A stretch of DNA of 39,214 nucleotides, taken from a virus. Lineage: Duplodnaviria > Caudoviricetes. Where the stretch lies: IMG/VR virus record IMGVR_UViG_3300010361_000023, positions 1 to 39,214 of that record; one strand, written 5' to 3'. Shown in pieces: positions 10,067-19,833 of the stretch. The position numbers and the translations under genes were made by a program. Within the stretch, counting starts at the first letter, position 1; the number at the start of each line of letters is the position of its first letter. Under the pieces are notes generated by a model. The model saw only the letters and a program-made list of their open reading frames with translations. It was not told the origin of the DNA and did no database searches.

Positions 10067-10692
10067 AGAACGCCGTCCTTTCTCCGGAGAGGGTCCTTTA
10101 CGGCCTGACGCCGCTCCTTTGGGATCCGGAGGTCGGGATCTCGACGCAGCTCGTGGCAGAGCTCAAGCTCGCCGGCTTTCCCGAGCTTCAGGACGGCAAG
10201 ATCCTCTTTGGCGAGTCTGCGCTTCGGCAGCGTCGATCGCCACCGTCGATCGTGTGCATGTGGGCCTCGTCGGCGACGGGCGGGACGGAATGGGGGACGG
10301 AGATTCCGCGCCCGACGAGCGTCTTCGTCCAGCCCGTGATGAACGCGCTTGCGACGGATCTCTTGCAGCTCGACTTCCACGTCTGGGCCGCTGCCTTCCC
10401 GCCGGATCCCGAATCCATCCGCGACGCCGACGCCTGCCGCTACCTCGTCCACCAGCTTTGGCGCGTCATCCACCGAAAGGCCGAGGGCGCGTACCGAGTC
10501 GTTGGCGTCGACACGAATCTTGCGCGCCCAAGCGAGGAAGGTTTCTCTGCCGTGATGCGCGTCGAGATCAGGACCTCGGTACCGGACTCGCTTCTATCGT
10601 ACGTGCTCCCCGGAACGAAGGGCACGACCTCCGTCACGGCTGACGGCTTCACAAACGAAGCGATCGTCTTCTCAACGCCAGGAGTGACCTGA
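10063..10692 (+). CDS. Putative tail terminator / neck protein
   Basis: ATGA overlap at 10063; position before sheath. Confidence 0.6.
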   Translation: MKNAVLSPERVLYGLTPLLWDPEVGISTQLVAELKLAGFPELQDGKILFGESALRQRRSPPSIVCMWASSATGGTEWGTEIPRPTSVFVQPVMNALATDLLQLDFHVWAAAFPPDPESIRDADACRYLVHQLWRVIHRKAEGAYRVVGVDTNLARPSEEGFSAVMRVEIRTSVPDSLLSYVLPGTKGTTSVTADGFTNEAIVFSTPGVT

Positions 10693-12242
10693 TGGCCGGT
10701 CGCGTTTCAATCGTCGTACTCGACAACGGCGCCAGCACGGTGACGGTGCCGACGCAGAACACTCAGCTCGTCATCGGCACCTCGTCTGCGGGTACGGTCG
10801 GTGCTCCCTACGCCTCGACGAGCCAGACGAACATCGCGACGCAATTCGGCGTGGGGCCCCTCGTCGAGGCTGCAGGTCTTATCGCCGGCGTCGGTGGCGT
10901 CCCGGTCTGCGTCAAGGCGACGTCCACGACGGCGGGCGCTCCGGGCGCGGTGACGACTACGGGCGCGGGCACGAGCGTCATCACGGTCACGGGTACGGCG
11001 AACGACACCGCCGAGATGCTGATGACCGTCGTCACCGGCGGCACGGTCGGCACGGCGGGCTGGACCTTCACCTTGAGCTACGACGCAGGTCGCACCGTCT
11101 CGCCGCTCATCAATCCAGGCGTTGCGACGACGTACGCGGTCCCTGGCATCGGCGTGACCCTCAACTTCGCTGCGGGCACCATGCTTGCGGGTGAGACGGC
11201 CTCGTTCGGCACGACGGAGCCCCTCTGGAACTCGGCCGGCATCTCGGCTGCGATCACGGCCTTCCTCGCGAGCTCGTACGCGAAGCAGGGAGTCGGCTCG
11301 ACGCACATCGTGGGCGGCTCGACGGCCGTCAATATGGCTTCGGGAGCGACCGGCTCGGACATGGTCGCGATCGGGGGATCGCTCCAGAGCGCGCGCACGA
11401 ATCAGTTCTCGTTCAATCGCGCGTACATCTCGGCGCGTGACGCGAAGTTCCCGACGACCTACTCGGGCGCGGCGGAGACTGAGGCCGCGTGGATGACCGC
11501 CATTCAGACCGATTACGGTGGACAGTCTCTGAATGCGGACACGACGGGCCGTCTCGCTGTCTGCGCCGCGTACTGGAACATTCAGAGCGTCTACCAAAAT
11601 GGTCTCGGGGTCGCGCCTCGGTTCCGTCGATCGATCGCCTACGCGGTCGCCCAGCGCCAGGTGCAGATCCCGCCGCAGCGCATGCCGTCTCGCGTGAAGG
11701 ACGGCGCACTGTCGCCGGTCGTGGTCTCGCCCGCCGACAAGACGGATGGCTTCGTCTACCACGACGAGTCGATCACGCCCGGCCTCGATACGACGAAGGG
11801 CGGGAGCGGCGGCAACTTCTCGACGACGACGACGATCGTCGGCAAGTCGGGCGTTTTCTTGCAGCACGCGAACCTCTTCTCGCCGACTGGATCCGGATTC
11901 GGATACATGCCCCAGGGCATCGTCGTCGACATCGGTTGCTCGATCGCCTACCAGATCGGCGTCAACAACATCGACGACGACATCCGTCTGACGACGACCG
12001 GCGGCATTGACCCACGCGACGCGGTCACGATTTCGCAGGCGATCACGCGCGCGATCAAGGCGAACATGACCGACCAGGGCATGCTCACCGCGAACACGAC
12101 GAATCCGGACGGCTGCGTTGTGCAGGTCGATCAGACGGTCAACGTCGGCGCCACGGGCAACGTCCCGATCCAGGTCTCGCTCCAGAGGAAGGGCTACATC
12201 CTGACCGAGACGATTACGGTCGGTGCGGCTCCGGGCACGTGA
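10692..12242 (+). CDS. Tail sheath protein (DUF2586-like)
   Basis: 516 aa; VIGTSSAG, FGVGPLVEA, RVKDGAL motifs; precedes tube gene. Confidence 0.85.
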   Translation: MAGRVSIVVLDNGASTVTVPTQNTQLVIGTSSAGTVGAPYASTSQTNIATQFGVGPLVEAAGLIAGVGGVPVCVKATSTTAGAPGAVTTTGAGTSVITVTGTANDTAEMLMTVVTGGTVGTAGWTFTLSYDAGRTVSPLINPGVATTYAVPGIGVTLNFAAGTMLAGETASFGTTEPLWNSAGISAAITAFLASSYAKQGVGSTHIVGGSTAVNMASGATGSDMVAIGGSLQSARTNQFSFNRAYISARDAKFPTTYSGAAETEAAWMTAIQTDYGGQSLNADTTGRLAVCAAYWNIQSVYQNGLGVAPRFRRSIAYAVAQRQVQIPPQRMPSRVKDGALSPVVVSPADKTDGFVYHDESITPGLDTTKGGSGGNFSTTTTIVGKSGVFLQHANLFSPTGSGFGYMPQGIVVDIGCSIAYQIGVNNIDDDIRLTTTGGIDPRDAVTISQAITRAIKANMTDQGMLTANTTNPDGCVVQVDQTVNVGATGNVPIQVSLQRKGYILTETITVGAAPGT

Positions 12243-12251
12243 GGGTAACCC

Positions 12252-12776
12252 ATGAGTAACTCGGGCATCGCACTGTCACTCGGTCTCGGCGTCGGAGCCG
12301 CGCAGCTTCCGTACCCGCTGATCAACGGCTTCGCGTTCTCGTACGCGTCGGTTGAGGGGAAGTTCAACCTCCCCTCGGGCCTCTTCGTCATCAAGGGCTT
12401 CAAGGCGATCAACTACAAGGCGCCACTCGAGGAGACGAAGATCTGGGGCAGCCATCCGGAGCCGTACGCACGCACAATCGGCAAGCAGGACTACGAGGCC
12501 GACTGCGAGATGTACCTGGCCGAGGCGAACGCGCTCCAGACGACGATCGGCCCGGGCTGGTCGCAGGTCATGTTCGACATGATCGTGACCTACTCGACGC
12601 CGGGTTACCTGATGATCGTCGACACTCTCGTCGGCTGCCGCCTCATGACGCCCGAGACCGGAATCACGATGGGGTCGACGGAAGGCGTTACGCGCAAGTT
12701 CACCCTCAACCCGATGTCGATGCGCCTCTCGGGTCAGTCGATGCTCTTGAATCCGCTCGCGGGCGCGCTAACCTGA
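12252..12776 (+). CDS. Tail tube protein
   Basis: LINGFAFSYASV, GFKAINY, PYARTIG..DYEA motifs; follows sheath. Confidence 0.85.
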   Translation: MSNSGIALSLGLGVGAAQLPYPLINGFAFSYASVEGKFNLPSGLFVIKGFKAINYKAPLEETKIWGSHPEPYARTIGKQDYEADCEMYLAEANALQTTIGPGWSQVMFDMIVTYSTPGYLMIVDTLVGCRLMTPETGITMGSTEGVTRKFTLNPMSMRLSGQSMLLNPLAGALT

Positions 12777-12885
12777 GGTCTGCTTGTGGCGCCGGGATGC
12801 CGACGCCGATGGCTCGTCCGGGACGCCGGCCGCGCGCCAACCTCCCGCCGGAGTGACAAGTCCGGCGCCGTTGAGGAGGCGCGCC

Positions 12886-13203
12886 ATGCTGACCGAAGCC
12901 GAGCTGTCGAAGATCGAGGAGACCTACCCGAAGGCGATCCGGATTACGGATTCGGAGAACACGTACGAGGTCGTCGTCCGGCCTCCGACGCGGCCCGAGG
13001 TAAAGCGGTACCGGTCGCGCCTGCGCGACCCGATGTGGGCCGCCGAAGCTGTCGAGGAGCTCATCACGTCAGCGGTCGTCTATCCCGATGTAAAGGCGTT
13101 TCAGGCGCTTCTCGACGAACATCCGCTTCTCTGCGAGGGGATCGGCAACATGCCCGAGGTCGCGAAGATGCTCGGCCTCGCTACGCGCCAGTCGGGAAAA
13201 TGA
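12886..13203 (+). CDS. Tail assembly chaperone (short form)
   Basis: SD GAGGAGG 12873-12879, ATG 12886; between tube and tape measure. Confidence 0.85.
   Translation: MLTEAELSKIEETYPKAIRITDSENTYEVVVRPPTRPEVKRYRSRLRDPMWAAEAVEELITSAVVYPDVKAFQALLDEHPLLCEGIGNMPEVAKMLGLATRQSGK
13194..13200 (+). other. -1 programmed ribosomal frameshift site G GGA AAA
   Basis: X XXY YYZ heptamer directly before the chaperone stop; -1 frame open to 13373. Confidence 0.85.
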
Positions 13204-13373
13204 TCGAGGCGCTGCGCATGGCCCAGCGCAGCGACCTGGACGACTTCGCCACGGGCATTGCCGATCTCTTCGCCGGCCGCGAGACCGACGACGCGATCGC
13301 GTGCGCCCAGAACCTCTCTCATCTCCTATGGCTCGCCGGCAACACGATGACCGGCAACAAGTGGAGCCGGTGA
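13200..13373 (+). CDS. Frameshift extension of tail assembly chaperone (gpT-like part)
   Basis: -1 frame MIEALRMAQRSD...NKWSR ends 1 nt before tape measure start. Confidence 0.75.
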   Translation: MIEALRMAQRSDLDDFATGIADLFAGRETDDAIACAQNLSHLLWLAGNTMTGNKWSR

Positions 13374-13374
13374 G

Positions 13375-15024
13375 ATGGCGATCAAGACCTTCACTGTCAA
13401 CCTGCAGGGCAACTTCGCCGACAAGGCGAAGGACGCTGCCGGAGCCGCGTTCACGCTGACAGGTTCGATCTCGGCTCTCGAGAGCGCGACGGAGAGCCTC
13501 GGCGGGTCGATGCTCGGATCGCTCATCAAGTTCGACCTCCTGAAGCGCGGCGCCGAGTTCGCGGTCCGAGCGATCTCCGAGCTCGCAGAACAAGCACTCG
13601 ACGCCTCCGAGAACGTCGAGCGCATGTCGCAGTCGTTCGGCGCGCTCTCCGGGACGGGCGTCGAAGGTGGGCGCGCGGTGCTCGAGCAGATCCGGAACAT
13701 CGCCGCGCAGCTTCCGCAGTCCGAGCGCACGGTGCAGCGTTGGGCGCAAGGGCTGATGTCGGTCGGCGTGACCGACATGAGCGATCTCCAGAATCAGCTT
13801 GGCGCGATCGCGGGCGCGGAGGCGCTCGTCGAGGGAGGAGGAGAGAAGGTTCGGGGCCTTCTCATGCGCCTGAACGAGGCGAGCGAGCGCGGGACGAAGG
13901 TCAAGTTCTCGATGGCCCAGCTCGCGGGGACGGGCGTCACCGAGAAAGAGCTTCTTGCCCAGCTCGGAATGACGCCGCAGCAGCTCGACGCCGCGAAGAA
14001 AGCCGCAACGCTGACCGGCGGCCAGATCGCCGACGCGCTCACGGGCGCGATCAATGCGAAGGCGCAGGGGCCGCTTGAGGCAATGTCGGCCGAGTTCGGG
14101 ACGGCGATTACGAAAGGGAAGGACGCCTTCATTCACCTCCTCGAAGGGATCGACTTCTCCGGTCTGACCGGCCAGCTCCGGATCTTTTTCGGCTACTTCG
14201 ACCAGTCGCAGCCGAGTGGACAGGCGCTCAAGCTCGGGATTGGAGGAGGCATTCAGGGCATCGTCGACACTCTGACGAAGCTCGCGCCCATGGCCCGTCA
14301 CTTCTTTCTCGAGGTCATCTTGTACTCGCTCAAGGCGTACAACTTCCTCCGGCCGCTCGTCTCCGGATTCCTTGACTTCTTGGGGACGATCACGAAGACG
14401 AAGGAATTCACCGAGGGCCTTCAGGCACTGGCGATCGGGGTTGGCGTCGTCGCAGCCGCGTTTGCAGCTCTTACGGCAGGCGCGATCGCGGGGATCGCCC
14501 TCATCGTGACCGGCCTCGGAAAGCTCAGCGAATGGGCGAAGTCCGTCGGCGAGTGGATGGGCGACGCTGCGTTTCACCTGGTCGAGTTCGCGACGAAGGG
14601 CGCGCAAGCCGCGACCGACTTCGTCAAGGGGTTCGTCCAGGGGATCGAACAGAAGATCTCCGAGGTCGTCGGCGCCGTCGAGCGCATGGGAACTGCAGCC
14701 TGGGACGCCGTCAAACGCACCCTTCACCTGGGCTCGCCCTCGCGCCTCATGATCGAAGCCGGTAGAAACGTCGGCGAAGGTCTCGCCATCGGCACCGAAC
14801 AATCGGTCCCGCGCGTGACAGAGGCCGCGGTGTCGATGGCCGGCGCGGCGGCTCGCGCTCCCCAAGCTGGATCGGGCGCGGGCGTGACCCAGCGTAACGA
14901 CATCCACATCGAGGTCTACGCGCGCGATAATCAGCAGGCGCGCGAGGTCGTCGACGAGCTCGAGGAGCGGCTGCCGTCGCTCTTTGAGCGATGGGCGCTG
15001 AGCCAGGGAGTCGCGCCGGCATGA
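13375..15024 (+). CDS. Tape measure protein
   Basis: 549 aa helical Ala/Gly-rich; C-terminal LHLGSPSRLM...G..VGEGLAIG motif. Confidence 0.9.
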   Translation: MAIKTFTVNLQGNFADKAKDAAGAAFTLTGSISALESATESLGGSMLGSLIKFDLLKRGAEFAVRAISELAEQALDASENVERMSQSFGALSGTGVEGGRAVLEQIRNIAAQLPQSERTVQRWAQGLMSVGVTDMSDLQNQLGAIAGAEALVEGGGEKVRGLLMRLNEASERGTKVKFSMAQLAGTGVTEKELLAQLGMTPQQLDAAKKAATLTGGQIADALTGAINAKAQGPLEAMSAEFGTAITKGKDAFIHLLEGIDFSGLTGQLRIFFGYFDQSQPSGQALKLGIGGGIQGIVDTLTKLAPMARHFFLEVILYSLKAYNFLRPLVSGFLDFLGTITKTKEFTEGLQALAIGVGVVAAAFAALTAGAIAGIALIVTGLGKLSEWAKSVGEWMGDAAFHLVEFATKGAQAATDFVKGFVQGIEQKISEVVGAVERMGTAAWDAVKRTLHLGSPSRLMIEAGRNVGEGLAIGTEQSVPRVTEAAVSMAGAAARAPQAGSGAGVTQRNDIHIEVYARDNQQAREVVDELEERLPSLFERWALSQGVAPA

Positions 15025-15659
15025 GTCAGTCGAACGTCACCATCTTCGGCATCACCGGCGCTCCCCAGGTCTCGTGGCCCCCGGACCCGATCCAGAACCC
15101 GCTCGCGTGGGACAAGATTGAGGTCGCGGGTGTCAAAAACCCGGGCCTTGCCATCGTTGGTGAGGTGAAGCGAAAGCACGTGTGGGACGAGAAAAAGGGC
15201 AAGGGCCAGCCTCGGGCGACGCTCACGTTCACGGGGGCGTATCTCGCACGTGTGTCGATCGACTTCATCCTGCTCGCGGGCCCGGACTTCAAGGGCGGCC
15301 AGTACACCGACCTTGAAGACTGGCTGACGTTCTCGCAGCAGTTCCAGTACGACCCGACGAAGATGCAGCCGACCGCGGTCGACGTCTACCACCCCTCGCT
15401 CATGATGATCGGCTTGAAGTCGTTCATCTGCGAGGAGATCGGCGCTCCGTTCCGAGAGGTCATCGGTCATTACCGCGCCCGCGTCTCTCTTATCGAGTTC
15501 GCCCCGACACCCCCCGTCAACGTGACCGCGACCGTTGTGAAGTCGAAGCCGACGCCCCCGGTCTCGGCGCGGCCTCCGGGCGTCAACACGGACCCGGCCG
15601 ACGTCGCTCTTCAGAAGGCGATCGGTGTCGAGCTCGGGAAAGCGCAGGCGCCGCCGTGA
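15021..15659 (+). CDS. Baseplate/tube initiator-like protein
   Basis: ATGA overlap at 15021; position after tape measure. Confidence 0.65.
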   Translation: MSQSNVTIFGITGAPQVSWPPDPIQNPLAWDKIEVAGVKNPGLAIVGEVKRKHVWDEKKGKGQPRATLTFTGAYLARVSIDFILLAGPDFKGGQYTDLEDWLTFSQQFQYDPTKMQPTAVDVYHPSLMMIGLKSFICEEIGAPFREVIGHYRARVSLIEFAPTPPVNVTATVVKSKPTPPVSARPPGVNTDPADVALQKAIGVELGKAQAPP

Positions 15660-16312
15660 GCGACTACGCCTCCTTTGCCGGCGTCCGCATGGTCGCCATG
15701 AGCCTCAGCCTGCCCCTCGTCGGGATCTGGACGGCTGATGTGGCCATGGCGACCGACGCGGCGCTTCCAGTGACCGGCCAGCTCGTCTTCGGCAACCTGA
15801 CACTTCAGGGGTCCGTCTACCGCCAAGGCGCGCTCGGGGGCCAGACCCGAGCCCGGCTCGCGGGTGGATTCGGGGGTTGGTCCAAGTCCGTCGCCCCGCG
15901 CGGGTACTCGCTCCCGTCCGGGATCCTCCGATCGCTTGTTCTTCGGGATGTCGCGCTCGAGGTGGGGGAGCAGGTCAGCGTCGTCACGGACGGCTCGATC
16001 GGGAACTTCTGGACCCGCCCCGCCGGCCGCGCCGGCAACACCCTGCGCGCCGCCGCAGGCGCCTCCTGGTGGGTCGATGGGTCCGGCGTCATGCAGGTAG
16101 CCCCGCGCACCGGCGGCGCGGTCCTGACGCCCTTCCAGGCTGAGGAATGGGACGGCGGAGCGGGCATCCTGACAATCGCTGCAGACGACGTCGCGAGCTG
16201 GCAACCTGGAGTCACCTTCGCGAGCGCGACCGTCCCCAGGCAGACCGTCTCCTCGGTCCGCCATGTCCTGACGAACGACGGGAGGGCCCGCATGCGGGTC
16301 ATGGTCTCGTGA
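15656..16312 (+). CDS. Baseplate hub-like protein
   Basis: LPLVGIWTADV and WWVDGSGVMQV motifs; synteny. Confidence 0.65.
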   Translation: MSDYASFAGVRMVAMSLSLPLVGIWTADVAMATDAALPVTGQLVFGNLTLQGSVYRQGALGGQTRARLAGGFGGWSKSVAPRGYSLPSGILRSLVLRDVALEVGEQVSVVTDGSIGNFWTRPAGRAGNTLRAAAGASWWVDGSGVMQVAPRTGGAVLTPFQAEEWDGGAGILTIAADDVASWQPGVTFASATVPRQTVSSVRHVLTNDGRARMRVMVS

Positions 16313-16689
16313 GCAACGCGCCTTCCCAGCTTGATCGGATCCTCACTCCGTCTCGCAACCTTGAGCGAGGCGAGATTCCCGAACTCTCGCTGTCCGGGAT
16401 CTACGAGTACACGGTCATCGCCGCGACGCCCCTCGGCGTCAGCGCGCAGCCGACGAAAGCCGGCTTGCCTCCGATCCAGCTCGCACCGGCCGGCAACATC
16501 GGCGTGACGACGCTCCTTGCGCTCATCGGACAGAACGTGCTCGTGGCGTTCATCAATCAGGATCCGTCGCGCCCGACCGTTCTCCACGTCAACATCACGT
16601 CGACCATGATCCTTGACTCGACCATGACGACGAGCGCGGGTCCGGTCACGATCGCCCTTCCCATCGTCGCCCCCCTGACGTCCGCATGA
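16309..16689 (+). CDS. Baseplate spike-like protein
   Basis: GTGA overlap at 16309; GQNVLVAFINQDPSRP OB-fold-type spike motif. Confidence 0.7.
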   Translation: MSNAPSQLDRILTPSRNLERGEIPELSLSGIYEYTVIAATPLGVSAQPTKAGLPPIQLAPAGNIGVTTLLALIGQNVLVAFINQDPSRPTVLHVNITSTMILDSTMTTSAGPVTIALPIVAPLTSA

Positions 16690-17087
16690 CCCAGCCGTCG
16701 ATATTCCCCGACTTCGGCCATGACCTGGCCCTCTTGACGGACCTCGACCCGGTTCAGTCGGAGGTATCAGGCCTCGCGAACTTGCTTCGTGCCCTTGTGC
16801 GCCGGCTCCAGTGCCCGCTCGGGGGGCTTATCGGGGACCCGAACTACGGTTACGACCTCGTCGGCGAGGTCGACGACGACATCGACACGTCCGATCTCGG
16901 GCGCATCGCCTCGAATATCGATCGCGAATTCGTAAAAGATGAGCGCGTGACCTCGTCGACGACGGTCGCCACTTACTCCGCCGGATCGATCGTCACGATT
17001 TCGAACGTCCTCACCGCGGCGGGCCCCTTCAAGCTCGTCCTGTCCACGTCCACGATCATCACGGCTCTCGGAGGCCAGCTCCCATGA
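16686..17087 (+). CDS. Baseplate wedge protein (gp46/gpW-like)
   Basis: RRLQCPLGGL..DPNYGYDL and KDERV motifs. Confidence 0.8.
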   Translation: MTQPSIFPDFGHDLALLTDLDPVQSEVSGLANLLRALVRRLQCPLGGLIGDPNYGYDLVGEVDDDIDTSDLGRIASNIDREFVKDERVTSSTTVATYSAGSIVTISNVLTAAGPFKLVLSTSTIITALGGQLP

Positions 17088-18877
17088 GCTTCACGATCTC
17101 CCAGCTCTTCGTCCCGCTTCCGAGCGGTGTCGTCGCCGGAGTCACGCCGACGACGGTCGCGGCCTCGACGTGGCTTTTCAACGAGGTTCAGAACGGATCC
17201 GCGCTGAACTTGCCCGTCACCTCGTGGCAGTCGGGCGGCGTTGCGTGGACGGAGCTCATGATCACGGCCGTGGGCATGGCCGTGAGCGACGCGAATATCT
17301 CGATGCACGCCCAGGCGGCGTTCCTCGACTTCTGCGCGACGGGGACGGTCGTCTTCCCCGATCCCGCGAACCCGAGCGGCGCCCCGATCACCGTTCCCGT
17401 CTCGCCGGACCCATCGATCCCTGCGCAGAATCCGAACGGCGCGACGACCTGGCTCGATGTTCTTGCCGACTCGAATTACAACGTTCAACGAAACCTGGCG
17501 ACGTTCGCCTCAGGGAACCTCCTCTTCGCCAACACGAGCGGATCCAGCATCGGGACCCTTCCCGCAGGCACCTTTCACACGGCCAACGGCTTCACGGGCG
17601 CGACCTATAACAACTCTGCGTCGTTCACTGGATCGGCTTCGACGGTCCTCGGCACGTCCGTGTCGTCGGCGACGGCAGCGAGTCCCGTCGTCGTCACGAC
17701 GCTGGCGGCTCACGGCATCGGATCAGACACGACGCTTTATTTCAAGGGGATTTCCGTCCTTCCCGACGGCTTCTACCTCGCCCACCCAACCGGCGCGAAC
17801 ACGCTCTCGCTCACGGGAACGATCGGCACGGGCTCGTACGCAGGAACCGCGGGTCGCGTCTACCAGCCCGTCTCACTTGGATTCGCGGCGGATGTCATTG
17901 GGCCAAGCTCGAACGCTGGGCCGACGCAGATCAATACGCTCGTGACCGCGAGTCCTGGCGTCTTCGTCACGAACCTCCTCGCGTTCTCAGGATCGCCGTA
18001 CGAGAGCAACATCGCGCTCGCGAGCCGGTGCCGGGCAAAACTTGGGAGCCTGAGTCTCAACGGACCGAAGGGGGCCTATTCGTATGCAGCCCTGACATCT
18101 TCTCAGCTCCTCGCGGCGCAGTCGCCCGCGAAGACACTTACAAGCGCGATCACGCGCGAGACGGACTCGAACAGTCTTGCCACGGGCACGGTCACGGTGA
18201 CGGTCGCCAACGCCTCGGGTCCGGTTCCCGGTGTTGCGCAGGTCGTGATCACGGGCGCGACGAATGCGAGCCCGATTGTCCTCCAGATGGCCAGTACGGC
18301 CGGCATTACGACCGGCATGGTCGGTCTCGTCACCGGCGTCCAGGGCAACACCGCAGCGAACGGGTACTGGACGATGACCTTCGTGGACGGTACCCACGTA
18401 TCCCTGAACGGGTCGACCGGCAACGGGGCCTATACCGTCGGCGGCCAGCTCGAAGCGGGGGATATCGGTCTCGTCGATTCGATTGTTCAGGCGTACGCCA
18501 CCCCGAACGGGGTCACCTCGGTAGTCCAATCCGCGGCTGCGCTCAACGTCACGATCGTGGCGACGGTCTACGTGCCGCTTGCTTTCCTCGCCGACTACGG
18601 GACGAATCCGGCGTCGAATAAGGGGACCGTCGCGCTCACAAGCTACATTGCTTCGCTACCGATCGGCGGGGTTACCGGCATTGACGGCGCGACGAACGGA
18701 GTGATCCCTTATGCGAAGTTGATCGAGACTCTGCTTCAGGCGGGAACGACCGGAGGTCGAGAGTACTCGATGTCTGTTGCCGGCCTTCTGATCAACGGGT
18801 CCGGAACGGACCTCTCGATGGGACCGACCCAGGTTGCCGTGATCTCGTCTCTCAACATCGCCGTGCAGGGGGTTTGA
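17084..18877 (+). CDS. Baseplate J-like protein with two inserted beta modules
   Basis: WLDVLA..NYNVQR and ESNIALASRCRAKLGSLSLNGPKGAYSY motifs; A.SP(I/V)V modules. Confidence 0.85.
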   Translation: MSFTISQLFVPLPSGVVAGVTPTTVAASTWLFNEVQNGSALNLPVTSWQSGGVAWTELMITAVGMAVSDANISMHAQAAFLDFCATGTVVFPDPANPSGAPITVPVSPDPSIPAQNPNGATTWLDVLADSNYNVQRNLATFASGNLLFANTSGSSIGTLPAGTFHTANGFTGATYNNSASFTGSASTVLGTSVSSATAASPVVVTTLAAHGIGSDTTLYFKGISVLPDGFYLAHPTGANTLSLTGTIGTGSYAGTAGRVYQPVSLGFAADVIGPSSNAGPTQINTLVTASPGVFVTNLLAFSGSPYESNIALASRCRAKLGSLSLNGPKGAYSYAALTSSQLLAAQSPAKTLTSAITRETDSNSLATGTVTVTVANASGPVPGVAQVVITGATNASPIVLQMASTAGITTGMVGLVTGVQGNTAANGYWTMTFVDGTHVSLNGSTGNGAYTVGGQLEAGDIGLVDSIVQAYATPNGVTSVVQSAAALNVTIVATVYVPLAFLADYGTNPASNKGTVALTSYIASLPIGGVTGIDGATNGVIPYAKLIETLLQAGTTGGREYSMSVAGLLINGSGTDLSMGPTQVAVISSLNIAVQGV

Positions 18878-19827
18878 TGTTCAAGGATCTTCTCACCACG
18901 CCTGGCGTCGCACCCCCCTGGCTTCTCGGGGCGATCGGCAAGCTGAAGTTGCAGCTTTTCGGGGCCACAATCGATCAGCTGTCGGGAGAGCTCACGGGAA
19001 AGTCTTCGGCTGCGGCCGAAGCCGGTATGCCGATGAAGGCCGACGCGACGGCGCTTCCTCTTATCGGAAACGACCGCCTCATCACGCAAGGTCCGAACGA
19101 ACCGACGGCGACCTATCGCCAGCGCCTGCGAGCCGCGACGGACACGTGGAGAACATTCTCTGGCAACGATTGGGGCATCATGATCCAGGCGCTCTCCCAG
19201 TTCACGGGCCTGAACGGAGCAACGCAGCCACGGATCCGATGCGTGAGCAATTCCTGGGTCTGGAACTGGTTCGAGGCTGGTGCTGACCTGACGCAGCCAC
19301 CATGGCATGCGGTCAAGACGTGGCAGTGGGATACCACGATCCCTCCAGGGAGCCCCGACAGTGGCACGCCGGCGCAAGCCTGGTGGCGTACATGGATGTC
19401 AGTCGAATCGGTCGGCGCGACTGCGTTCGCAACGCAGTGGCCCACCCTTGGCACGGGAGGTCAGCCAACGCTCGGCAATCTAACGACAGGGAGCCTCGGA
19501 TTCACGAACGTGGCGCCTGCTTTCTGGAACTCACTGCGGGCGATTCTGGAGACATTCCGATCGAAGCAGACGGCGATCCGCTGGATCCTGATCACCTTCT
19601 CCCAGTCCTTGATCAATCCTGGCTTCGGAGCGGACGGTTCTCACAATCCGGCGGGCGACTGGGGGTACGGGTACAAGATCGTCTCCGGCCAGTACCAGGC
19701 CACGTGGATCACGAACGTGCTCCCTGTACCGGGAGCCTTTGGCGCGCAAAACTTCGGCTCTCCGAACTACCAGTCTCACCCTGAATTCGGCTATCGAATC
19801 GTCCAGGGCCAGTACGTGGCCTACTGA
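18874..19827 (+). CDS. Baseplate wedge protein (gpI/gp48-like)
   Basis: ALPLIGNDRLI..GPNE...TYRQRL..A..TW motif; follows gpJ. Confidence 0.75.
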   Translation: MMFKDLLTTPGVAPPWLLGAIGKLKLQLFGATIDQLSGELTGKSSAAAEAGMPMKADATALPLIGNDRLITQGPNEPTATYRQRLRAATDTWRTFSGNDWGIMIQALSQFTGLNGATQPRIRCVSNSWVWNWFEAGADLTQPPWHAVKTWQWDTTIPPGSPDSGTPAQAWWRTWMSVESVGATAFATQWPTLGTGGQPTLGNLTTGSLGFTNVAPAFWNSLRAILETFRSKQTAIRWILITFSQSLINPGFGADGSHNPAGDWGYGYKIVSGQYQATWITNVLPVPGAFGAQNFGSPNYQSHPEFGYRIVQGQYVAY

Positions 19828-19833
19828 GGACCC

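Noticed and set aside
495-14907. Long antisense ORFs (495..1631, 3441..4541, 7512..8849, 10707..11867, 13069..14907)
   Set aside because: Arg-rich shadow frames opposite clear structural genes, expected in high-GC DNA.
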